Shown: positions 19,285 to 27,272 of the stretch, one piece after another
Layout of the letters: the number at the start of each line of letters is the position of its first letter
Position numbering within the stretch: the first letter of the stretch is position 1
Assembly (NCBI GenBank): GCA_965372715.1
Contig: CBDVDH010000029.1
Location: forward strand, 1-45,917
Length of the DNA: 45,917 nt
DNA from: an uncultured bacterium
Lineage (GTDB): Bacteria; B130-G9
Direction: 5' to 3'
The notes under the pieces: model-generated
What the model was told of the DNA's origin: nothing
The model's database searches: none
What the model saw: the letters and a program-made list of their open reading frames with translations, nothing else
Made by a program: the position numbers and the translations under genes

Positions 19285-19644
19285 TCATTCGTGAATCGTT
19301 GTTGTTTTCGGATGATGAAAGATACGATATTCCGCCAAGTATCTATCGGCAGCCGCTCGGGTGGAGTTTAGCCTGTTTTGAGCGTAAAGGCAACCGAGGC
19401 GGCTCTTGTGCAGAATCCTTGAGCCGATGTTTATCTGTTGAATGGCATCTTTTGCGGCTTGCGGCGCCGTCCGGTCGCGGCCGATAACATGCTCTGGTTG
19501 GGGCTCAAGAGGGCTTGGGAGGAACAGCGAGGTGCGCTTCAGACGGGTCGAAGACTCAGAGTCAAAGTGCTTTGAGCAGATCATGTGGGAACTCGAGATG
19601 GCAAGCAACACAATGAGCAGGACTATTGTCATTCGATTGTCCAT
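19285..19644 (-). CDS. Possible small exported protein (119 aa)
   Basis: MDNRMTIVLLIVLLAISSS hydrophobic N-terminus, weak SD AAGGA; no family recognised. Confidence 0.3.
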   Translation of the reverse strand: MDNRMTIVLLIVLLAISSSHMICSKHFDSESSTRLKRTSLFLPSPLEPQPEHVIGRDRTAPQAAKDAIQQINIGSRILHKSRLGCLYAQNRLNSTRAAADRYLAEYRIFHHPKTTTIHE

Positions 19645-19792
19645 TCTGAGGACTTCCTTGTACAAGAAAGAAGTGAGTTGCGTTGACTCTGAAAGAGGAA
19701 GAAGACCATAATCGTACCTGCAATACAACAATATGCTGGCCTGAGAGGGGCCGCCGGGCTGTCTCATCCATTGAATGTGACGAGGGTTGCGA

Positions 19793-21949
19793 ATGAACTG
19801 CAAAGAGCTACTGCCGAAGGTTCTAGCTTCGATGGCCATTGTGGCTATTCTTCTTTGCTTTGGCAATGGCTTAGGATCAGCCAGAGACGACGCTGAGACC
19901 TACAAAGTTGCGACAGGCGCGGTCAGGGACGAGCTATGGGAGATCGCAGCACGGGAGTTTCGAGCGTTGCTTCGCGACCGACCGGATTCAGAATACGCCG
20001 CTTCAGCCACGTATTATTTGGGCTTCTGTTGTTTTCAAGTTCAGGATTTCAAGAGCGCCCAGGGGGTTCTCTCGTCGCATCTTTCCAGATGGCCGCGCGG
20101 GGAGTTTGCCATTTTGGCCAAGTATTATCTCGGACGGAGTTTGCTCGAGACCGGGCAACCGGGAAGGGCCGAGCGGTTGCTTGAGGACGTGCTGTCCAGC
20201 AAGGGGGACCTTGTGAATGCCGCCGGGTTTTGGCTGGGCAGAGCCTTTTTTGAGATGGGTAAGTGGTCGAAGGCGAGCGAGCTCTTCCTTGAAGTCGCCA
20301 GGTCCGGCGATAGAGAGTATGGGGACTCGGCACGCTACGAGCTTGGAAGGGCCTACCTAAGAGGCTGCAAATACGCCGAGTCGATTGAGGTTGCTCGATC
20401 GCTTCTCGAAAGACCGATTGATGCGACTCTGCATCTTCGGACGCGACTTCTGGTCGCCACCAATCTGGTTAATCTCGAAAGGTTTGACGAGGCCATGCGG
20501 GAAGCTCAGACGATAGCTGGCAGCTCGCCTTCTATTTCGCCGATCCATAACAAAGCAATTGCGATTACCGGTGAGGCCTATCGCATGTCGGGGAGGCCGC
20601 AAATGGCGATTGAGTCCTTCCGCCGGTATCTGAAGAACGAACCCGATTCGGACGGCGCAGCGTGGGCCGCAAGGAGCATTGTCGAGTGTCTTGCGTCAAT
20701 GACCAAGTGCCGGGCGGCGGACGAATCCATGCTCCGCTGGGCCAGCAGGTTCTCTGAGGAGACGGTCTGCGAGCTGGCGAGCACAATAGCGGATTGCTAT
20801 TCGGCGTCAGGAGACCACGTCTGTGCGGTCGATGTTCTCAAATTCGCGCTGAACAGCACGACTTCCGACAGCCTCAGGCTCACGACCGCATTGAAGCTGG
20901 CCGATTCTTATTTCAGGCACGGCGAGTTCCGTGAGGTTATCCTGCTGTTGTCTCCGCTGTTGTGGAGAAGTCTTCTTACTCAAGACAAGGATATCGCCGG
21001 CGCCGCGTTGCTTATGGTTGGAGCTTCGCATGAGCAAGTTGGCAGTTTCGACGAGGCCGAGAGAGGTTACCGGCTTCTGTTAAGCCTGAAAACGGATGCC
21101 GCGCGGACAAAGATCGCAGCCCATAGACTCGTTGATGTCCTGGTTGCGAAGGGCGATCTTGAGGGCGCCTCGACCGCGCTCAACGAATTGAGTGGCAGCT
21201 CAACGGTTGATGAGCGTTTCGTCAATCTTGCAGCCAAACTAGTCAATGCGTTCGCTCGCGGTGGGGAGAATCGGCGCGCGATCGCGGCAGCTCGTGAGAT
21301 TCTTCAGAGCATAGCAGCGCACGCGGCAGCGCACGCGTCCTTAGGTGAGGGAACTCAGCCCGCGCTTCATGAAACGTTCCTGACGGCTCTATCAGGTTAT
21401 CAGCTGTGCGACCTCATCCTTGAGCTCGCTGAGAAAACGGGCCCAGAACTCAAAGACGCTGAACGGGCAGGACTGCTTTTCGCGGCTGCCGAATGCCGCT
21501 TTATCTCAGGCGAGAAGGCAAGTGCGGGCACGATTTACCTGCACGTCATTCAGCGGTTCCCAGAGTGGACGAACGCGCACGTTGTGCTAGGTAGACTTGG
21601 CGCCATAGCTTTTGCAGAGGGGCGTTTTGAGCTGGCAGCGCAACGATTCGATGCCGCAAGAAAGAAGGCGCCTCCGAACAAGGCGTGCGATCTGTTATAT
21701 ATGGTTGCCGAATCGCTCTTTAGGTCCGGGAAACTTGGCGAGGCGCTCTCGAAGTTTGAAGAAGTCACGAAGCCTGGAGACTGCCGGGGACAGGTTCTTC
21801 AGCATTCATATCTGAAACGCGGGATAATCTGCGAGGAACTGGGAAGGTTTGAGCAGGCAAGAGCAGCATTCTTGGCTTGCGCCTCAATGTCATTTGACGA
21901 GACCGCGACATCGGTTGCTAGGGCCCGGCTTGTGCGATTAGGCGACTGA
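19793..21949 (+). CDS. Periplasmic TPR protein (CpoB/BamD-like repeats)
   Basis: Signal peptide; repeats such as PDSEYAASATYYLG, PRGEFAILAKYYLG, ARYELG, VIQRFP. Confidence 0.85.
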   Translation: MNCKELLPKVLASMAIVAILLCFGNGLGSARDDAETYKVATGAVRDELWEIAAREFRALLRDRPDSEYAASATYYLGFCCFQVQDFKSAQGVLSSHLSRWPRGEFAILAKYYLGRSLLETGQPGRAERLLEDVLSSKGDLVNAAGFWLGRAFFEMGKWSKASELFLEVARSGDREYGDSARYELGRAYLRGCKYAESIEVARSLLERPIDATLHLRTRLLVATNLVNLERFDEAMREAQTIAGSSPSISPIHNKAIAITGEAYRMSGRPQMAIESFRRYLKNEPDSDGAAWAARSIVECLASMTKCRAADESMLRWASRFSEETVCELASTIADCYSASGDHVCAVDVLKFALNSTTSDSLRLTTALKLADSYFRHGEFREVILLLSPLLWRSLLTQDKDIAGAALLMVGASHEQVGSFDEAERGYRLLLSLKTDAARTKIAAHRLVDVLVAKGDLEGASTALNELSGSSTVDERFVNLAAKLVNAFARGGENRRAIAAAREILQSIAAHAAAHASLGEGTQPALHETFLTALSGYQLCDLILELAEKTGPELKDAERAGLLFAAAECRFISGEKASAGTIYLHVIQRFPEWTNAHVVLGRLGAIAFAEGRFELAAQRFDAARKKAPPNKACDLLYMVAESLFRSGKLGEALSKFEEVTKPGDCRGQVLQHSYLKRGIICEELGRFEQARAAFLACASMSFDETATSVARARLVRLGD

Positions 21950-22245
21950 ACGCGCCCGCGCATAGCGTGACGCTCCGAGGAGTATCTCCGATTGGAAGCA
22001 GCTTGAATAGCACAGTATGCGCAGCGCATCAGAGACATCTTCTCTGGAGATAAGGCCATGAGGAGCTCGCGCGCGAGCCCAATGCGCATCGAACCCTAGG
22101 CAGACGCGGGCAACCTCATCATGCCTTTGTCCCACGCATGCCCCTCAAGCCCAATCTCAGGAATCACAAGCCGCGGCTCAGGCATAGCCGCCCCACACGA
22201 AAGGGCTTCTGGTCTAGCTAGGCCCTTGCAGAAAAGGCTGCCAGC

Positions 22246-22674
22246 CTAGAAGCCGCTATCCTGATTGTACGTTGGAACTACAAACCCGCCGTACGTTACC
22301 TCGTTGTAGATTAGCGCATACGCGTGAACGTGGCCGCCTTCCTCGGCTCGGAACTTGATGTAGCCGAATGGGGCTAAAACATCCAGGGCATAACCTACCC
22401 CGAGTTTTGTGCTGATAGTGAGCTGCTCGCCGGGCCTTATGCTGAACATAGCACCGTGCGTATCGGAACAGAAGTTGCCATACACATCGCAGAAACGAAC
22501 ATAAATGGTATCGTAATCCTCCTCGGAACCGTTCACAAAGACGATCATCGTAAAGAAGTCGCCACCTGATTGCCAATAGGCCGCGAGGCCTCTACCATTG
22601 GCATCTTCCCACGTGCCAAGCGAAACCGCATGCACCATAAGAACCGCTAGAGCAAGCAGAATTAGCTTTTTCAT
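22246..22674 (-). CDS. Secreted beta-rich protein of unknown family, paralog 2
   Basis: 142 aa; signal peptide; TWEDANGRG...RFCDVYGNFCSDT...YNQDSGF; SD AAAGGAGGT. Confidence 0.92.
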   Translation of the reverse strand: MKKLILLALAVLMVHAVSLGTWEDANGRGLAAYWQSGGDFFTMIVFVNGSEEDYDTIYVRFCDVYGNFCSDTHGAMFSIRPGEQLTISTKLGVGYALDVLAPFGYIKFRAEEGGHVHAYALIYNEVTYGGFVVPTYNQDSGF

Positions 22675-23011
22675 TTGCCTCTAAGACCTCCTTTCTTAGC
22701 AGTGCTAGACCCGTTAATTGTGAGATAACCTCAAGTCGCAGTTATACTACAATAATAGTAACCGCAGTGCATCTTAGACGAAGAGCAATCAAAAATAAAG
22801 GGTTTTCTTGATCCCCTCAGTCTTGATCAACCCCCAACGCGCATCATTCACCATGAAAAGTCGCCAAGAACGTGATCGAGACGAAGACGAATGCGTCACC
22901 CATCGCGACATACCCACATGGTATTGCATATATCTCCAAATATGTATGACGCAGATACGCCGCAAGAGAGGGGATCAAAAGATACACCTGCCTATATCGT
23001 ATTCGCCCAAC

Positions 23012-23059
23012 TGTCCCATTTGGAACAATTCTGCCCGCCAATTTGTCCCATTTGGGACA
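23012..23059. promoter_or_regulatory. Tandem TGT-N10-ACA palindromes, pair 2
   Basis: TGTCCCATTTGGAACA at 23012 and TGTCCCATTTGGGACA at 23044 (32-bp period), about 340 bp upstream of paralog 2. Confidence 0.8.
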
Positions 23060-23145
23060 ATTGCCGAGATTCCCAACTCATCTGGTGTATGCTTTTTTGT
23101 GAAGGATGGATCGGGAATCAGAATAGCAACCTCGGGTGAAGATCG

Positions 23146-23868
23146 ATGGGATGCGAGCCGCTAATATCGAGGCGCGCCAGACAGATAGGTCTTCAAATCG
23201 ACGCGCCCACTGTGGCTCGGCTCGCGAGATTCGTGGACCTCGTGCTCGAATACAGAGATAGGGCGTCGTTGACTTCCTTGAGGACAAGTTCAGAGGTAAT
23301 CGAGGGTCTGCTGGTTGATTCACTGGCGGTTTCGATGGTGGAAGGCTTCGCGCTTGCACGCTATTGTCTGGACATAGGTGTAGGCGGAGGGTTTCCATCG
23401 GTCCCGGCGGCGATTGTCTCGCCGGAGAAGGCCTGGGTAGGCGTCGATCGAGCAAGAAAGAAAACGGCGTTTCTCCAATCAGTGCGCCGTTGTCTCCCGC
23501 TTGGCAACTACCAGGTAATCTGTGGCGACTTCCGCCAAATGGCCCACACGCACGAGGTCGCATCAAGCTTCGACCTCGTTGCGACGAGGGCATTGAGGCT
23601 CGACGAGCGGCTGCTTCGTGCCATAAGGTCTGTGCTCTCGGCGGACGGACGAGTCGTTCTCTATCGGCATACAACGGGATACTCGCTGCTCGACGTTTAT
23701 GGGCATTTCGCGGGCGAGGCGCCTCGCCCGAGAGAGATAGCCATGGAACAGGGGATTCGCTCCCTGCGGTTTGAATACCACGATCTTGAGCGGTTGTCTG
23801 AGCGATTAGATAACAAGGGGGTTTTCACCACAGAGGCACAGAGAAACACAGAGAAGTTGATTCCATGA
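23146..23868 (+). CDS. rsmG: 16S rRNA m7G527 methyltransferase RsmG (GidB), divergent
   Basis: DSL, LDIGVGGGFP, KKTAFL, FDLVATRAL; lies upstream of parA-parB. Confidence 0.8.
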   Translation: MGCEPLISRRARQIGLQIDAPTVARLARFVDLVLEYRDRASLTSLRTSSEVIEGLLVDSLAVSMVEGFALARYCLDIGVGGGFPSVPAAIVSPEKAWVGVDRARKKTAFLQSVRRCLPLGNYQVICGDFRQMAHTHEVASSFDLVATRALRLDERLLRAIRSVLSADGRVVLYRHTTGYSLLDVYGHFAGEAPRPREIAMEQGIRSLRFEYHDLERLSERLDNKGVFTTEAQRNTEKLIP

Positions 23869-23945
23869 GTGCGAATATATGGATGAATCTTAGCCCTGAC
23901 GCGGTGTCGGCGACCCCCTCTCCGAGGTACCTGGTCTCGGTGGTG
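23826..23945. repeat. ACCACAGAG-type inverted repeat unit
   Basis: CACCACAGAGGCACAGAGAAACACAGAG at the left, degenerate complement CTCTCCGAGGTACCTGGTCTCGGTGGTG at the right; overlaps the rsmG 3' end. Confidence 0.6.
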
Positions 23946-23966
23946 CGGTGTCCGTATGAGACGGCG

Positions 23967-24416
23967 CTAGAAGCCGGTCTCTTGGTCGTAAATAGGGACG
24001 GTTACCAAGCGCCCGGTGATCTCGTTGACGATGAATGCAAAGGCGTGGATGAACCCGCCGTCCACAGTGCGGAACATCGCGTATCCATGAGGCGCAGTGA
24101 CGGGGATGTGTCTGCAGTAGTCGAACAATGAGGGAGGATTCGCTCTGGTTGAGAACATCAGCATTTCGCCCGGCCGGATGCTAAACCTGTCTCCGGTTGT
24201 GTCAGAACAGAACTCTCCCTTTGTGTCGCAGAAGCGCAGATGCAGATCATCAGAGTCCCACTCACTGCCGTTGATGAACACGATCATCGTGTAGTGAGTG
24301 GGCGTGTTTATCCAAAATGGGATTATGCCTCTGCCACAGGCGTCGTCCCAGTCTGCGAGTGAGGCGCCTGATAGGATGATAAGTGCTAGAGTTATGACGA
24401 AGAGTCTTGTCAGCAT
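23967..24416 (-). CDS. Secreted beta-rich protein of unknown family, paralog 3
   Basis: 149 aa from MLTRLF (SD AAGGAG); DWDDACGRG...RFCDTKGEFCSDTTGD...YDQETGF. Confidence 0.9.
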   Translation of the reverse strand: MLTRLFVITLALIILSGASLADWDDACGRGIIPFWINTPTHYTMIVFINGSEWDSDDLHLRFCDTKGEFCSDTTGDRFSIRPGEMLMFSTRANPPSLFDYCRHIPVTAPHGYAMFRTVDGGFIHAFAFIVNEITGRLVTVPIYDQETGF

Positions 24417-24434
24417 GGCATTTCTCCTTATCAT

Positions 24435-24863
24435 CTAGAAGCCGTAGTCCTGACTGTAGGCGGGCACGACCATCGCCGCTCCTGAGAGATCGTTTATGAT
24501 GAGCGCCCAAGCTTGGATGAAGCCCCCGTCAACTGGCCGGAACTTGACGTAGCCGTAGCTCGCTGTCGTGGGTATCCAGGTCGGCACCTTCGGGGTTGTA
24601 GAAAAGACCAGCATCTCGCGGGAGCGGAAACCATACATGTCGCCTGTTGTGTCGGAGCAGAAATGGCCATTGTGGTTGCAGAAGCGGACGTGGATGGTGT
24701 CGCTGGTTTCCTCATGCCCGTTGACAAAGACCAGCAACGTATAGAAGTCGCCCGCGTTGATCCAAAACGGGATGAGTCCCCTGCCGTAGGCGTCGTCCCA
24801 GCGTGCAAATAGGACCGCAGACATGAAGAGCAAAGTGAGCGTGCAGAGCGCGATTTTTCGCAT
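24435..24863 (-). CDS. Secreted beta-rich protein of unknown family, paralog 4
   Basis: 142 aa; signal ending LFA; RWDDAYGRG...RFCNHNGHFCSDTTGD...YSQDYGF. Confidence 0.92.
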   Translation of the reverse strand: MRKIALCTLTLLFMSAVLFARWDDAYGRGLIPFWINAGDFYTLLVFVNGHEETSDTIHVRFCNHNGHFCSDTTGDMYGFRSREMLVFSTTPKVPTWIPTTASYGYVKFRPVDGGFIQAWALIINDLSGAAMVVPAYSQDYGF

Positions 24864-25086
24864 TCTCTCAAACTCCTATCCAGGCCGTTGCGGAGGCGAA
24901 TCTCAAAAGCAATGCTTGGCAGCTGCAGTGTACAATAATGATCCATTCTCAATTGTCAAGATCGGCGCGGGGGGATTTCTCCAGGCAGTGGCTCAAGCTT
25001 TCGTTGCAGGCCGGGGCGCGTTTTGATAGAGTTCTAATCCTTAGCTGCACGAGTCTGCGCTGCGGTTTTGAGGTCAGGGTTTAATA

Positions 25087-25205
25087 ACCACAAAGGCACG
25101 AAGACACGAAGAAGGCGCCGCCAAGGTTGAGTCTGCCGTCCGGGCTGTTCGTCGTCAGTATGCTGACGAAGGCAATAGGCCATTGTGTCTTGGCGTCTTT
25201 GTGGT
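25087..25205. repeat. ACCAC-type inverted repeat unit
   Basis: ACCACAAAGGCACGAAGACACGAAG paired with TTGTGTCTTGGCGTCTTTGTGGT. Confidence 0.65.
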
Positions 25206-25223
25206 GAGTTTGATGAGACCGGA

Positions 25224-25239
25224 TGTTTCACGTGAAACA
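25224..25239. promoter_or_regulatory. parS centromere-like site
   Basis: Perfect consensus palindrome TGTTTCACGTGAAACA, 27 bp upstream of parA. Confidence 0.95.
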
Positions 25240-25266
25240 TTTTTGTGATCTTGGACAGGGCGTAAA

Positions 25267-26106
25267 GTGACCAGAACCATTGCGATAGTCAATCAGAAGG
25301 GCGGAGTCGGGAAGACGACGACCGCGGTCAACCTGGCCGCCGGGCTCGCGCTCGCGGACAGGGCCACGCTCCTGATCGACATGGACCCGCAGGCGAACGC
25401 GACGATGAGCCTGGGGCTGAGGCCCGAAGAGCTCGAGAGGACGGTCTATGATGTGCTTGTGAACCCGAAGACGCTCCCGGGAATCATCGGCCGGACCGCC
25501 ATCGAGAACCTCGCGGTGCTCCCAGCAAATGCGGACCTCGTCGCGGCCGAGGTCGAGGTCCTGAGCGACAAGAGACGCGTCTTCAGGCTAAGGGACGCGC
25601 TCGAGACAGTCCGCGGCAGGTTCTCGCACATCATCATCGATTGCCCCCCATCGATCGGGCTGCTCACTGTGAACGCGGTCTGCGCGTCAAAGAGCGTCAT
25701 TATTCCGCTTCAATGTGAATACTACTCGCTGGAGGGCCTTTCGAGGACGCTCGACGCGATTCGCGTATTCCGTGAGAAGCTTGGCCTCGACATCGAGATC
25801 GCCGGGCTTTTGCTCACGATGTTCGACTCCAGGACGAAGCTCTCTGCCGAGGTCGCGTCGGAGGTGAGAAGGCATTTTTCGGGCAAGGTTTTCACCACCG
25901 TGATTCCGCGGAACGTTAGGGTGGCGGAGGCGCCTGGCCACGGTAAGCCAGTTATTCTTTACGATGTTGGGTCGCGGGGCTCACAGGCGTTTTTGAGGTT
26001 AACGGAGGAGTTTCTGACAAGTGAAGGAAAAGAAGCGACTTGGTCGGGGTTTAGAGGCGATTCTAGGCGAGTCAGCCAAGGAGGCCGCGCGGGCATCGGT
26101 GGTTGA
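25267..26106 (+). CDS. parA: Chromosome partitioning ATPase ParA/Soj
   Basis: NQKGGVGKTTT, DMDPQANAT, IDCPP, QCEYYSLEG, IPRNVRVAEAP. Confidence 0.96.
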   Translation: MTRTIAIVNQKGGVGKTTTAVNLAAGLALADRATLLIDMDPQANATMSLGLRPEELERTVYDVLVNPKTLPGIIGRTAIENLAVLPANADLVAAEVEVLSDKRRVFRLRDALETVRGRFSHIIIDCPPSIGLLTVNAVCASKSVIIPLQCEYYSLEGLSRTLDAIRVFREKLGLDIEIAGLLLTMFDSRTKLSAEVASEVRRHFSGKVFTTVIPRNVRVAEAPGHGKPVILYDVGSRGSQAFLRLTEEFLTSEGKEATWSGFRGDSRRVSQGGRAGIGG

Positions 26107-26863
26107 CATCGATTTGGACCTGCTTTCGCCGAACAAGACGCAGCCTAGATTGCGTTTTGACAAGGAGAAACTTGCGCAGCTCGCGCAATCGATCAAGTCG
26201 AAGGGCGTTGTGCAGCCCATCATTGTGCGCAGGACGGACGCCGGATACGAGATTGTAGTTGGCGAGCGGCGATGGCGCGCTGCGCAGATGGCGGGCCTCT
26301 CGAGAATACCGGCGATCGTGAAGGATTTCTCGAGCTCTGACCTGTTGGCGACTACGTTGATCGAGAACATCCAGCGGGCCGATTTGAATCCGCTCGAGGT
26401 TGCGACTGCGTTTGACAAGCTGCACAAGGAGGCAGGGCTTTCGCACGCGCAGATCGCCAGGCAGGTAGGCATGAACAGGAGCTCCGTTACCAACTATCTT
26501 CGGCTCCTGGCGTTGCCTGAGAGCGTCAAGGATAACCTGTTGGACGAGAAGGTCTCGATGGGTCACGCGCGGGCCCTTCTGTCACTTTTGGATTCAGCGA
26601 AGCAGCGGGCGCTCGCGGACCTGGTCATCGCGAAGGGGCTTTCGGTTCGGCGCACAGAGGAGATTGCACGAAAGATGACTGAGCCAATGCCCAAGGCGCC
26701 AGAACCGCAACCGAATGAGCTCGTGGCGCTCCAGGATCAGCTGTGCGCGCTGCTAGGCACAAAAGTGACCATTAGGGGCGGCAAGAGAGGCGCCGGCAAG
26801 ATAGTGATTGAATACTACTCTGACGATGACCTTGACAGGCTATTGTCAATACTGAAAGCTTAA
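26021..26863 (+). CDS. parB: Chromosome partitioning protein ParB/Spo0J
   Basis: LGRGL N-terminal peptide, QPR, GERRWRA, ENIQR, HTH, GHARALL. Confidence 0.96.
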   Translation: MKEKKRLGRGLEAILGESAKEAARASVVDIDLDLLSPNKTQPRLRFDKEKLAQLAQSIKSKGVVQPIIVRRTDAGYEIVVGERRWRAAQMAGLSRIPAIVKDFSSSDLLATTLIENIQRADLNPLEVATAFDKLHKEAGLSHAQIARQVGMNRSSVTNYLRLLALPESVKDNLLDEKVSMGHARALLSLLDSAKQRALADLVIAKGLSVRRTEEIARKMTEPMPKAPEPQPNELVALQDQLCALLGTKVTIRGGKRGAGKIVIEYYSDDDLDRLLSILKA

Positions 26864-26867
26864 CATC

Positions 26868-27272
26868 ATGAGCGCAGGCCATAAGACCGAACTCAACGCT
26901 TTCCTCGCGAAGGGGACAAACTTCAAGGGCGAGCTTCGCTTCTCCGGTATCGTGCGTATCGACGGCATATTCGAGGGCAAGGTCTTTACTGACGGGACGC
27001 TTGTGGTTGGCGAAACCGGCGTCCTGAAGGGTGAGTTCCACGTTGGCGAGCTTCTTTCCAGTGGAATCGTTGAGGGCACGATTACAGCCACGAGGTCAAT
27101 CGATGTCGCCGGAGAAGGCAGGCTCCTAGGGGCGGTCTGTACGCCCTCACTGAACGTGGCAGAGGGCGTGCTGGTCGATGCGCAGCTCCGCGTCGGCGCC
27201 GCGGACCCGGAATTGCATCCTGCACGTGGCTCATCGGTAGAACGGCCGAGCCCAGACCTTCCCCGCAAGTGA
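26868..27272 (+). CDS. Bactofilin (polymer-forming cytoskeletal protein)
   Basis: GTNFKGEL...RIDGIFEG...LVVGETG beta-helix pattern; directly after parB. Confidence 0.85.
   Translation: MSAGHKTELNAFLAKGTNFKGELRFSGIVRIDGIFEGKVFTDGTLVVGETGVLKGEFHVGELLSSGIVEGTITATRSIDVAGEGRLLGAVCTPSLNVAEGVLVDAQLRVGAADPELHPARGSSVERPSPDLPRK

Noticed and set aside
19441-19460. TGGCATCTTTTGC as a sigma54 promoter
   Set aside because: GG-to-GC spacing is 8 nt, not the required 10
19119-23059. Repeated palindromes as a CRISPR array
   Set aside because: Only two 16-bp units per locus with 16-bp gaps, and no cas genes
18338-24863. Paralogs as outer-membrane beta-barrels (C-terminal Phe) or type IV pilins
   Set aside because: The C-terminus QDxGF lacks the alternating hydrophobic beta-signal, the chain is short for a barrel, and there is no G/FxxxE prepilin site
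18338-24863. Diversity-generating retroelement or silent-cassette antigenic variation
   Set aside because: No reverse transcriptase or recombinase; the paralogs differ throughout rather than at adenines, and each has its own SD and signal peptide
22675-25266. oriC near parS
   Set aside because: No cluster of DnaA boxes (TTATCCACA) seen in these intergenic regions, and no dnaA gene in the window
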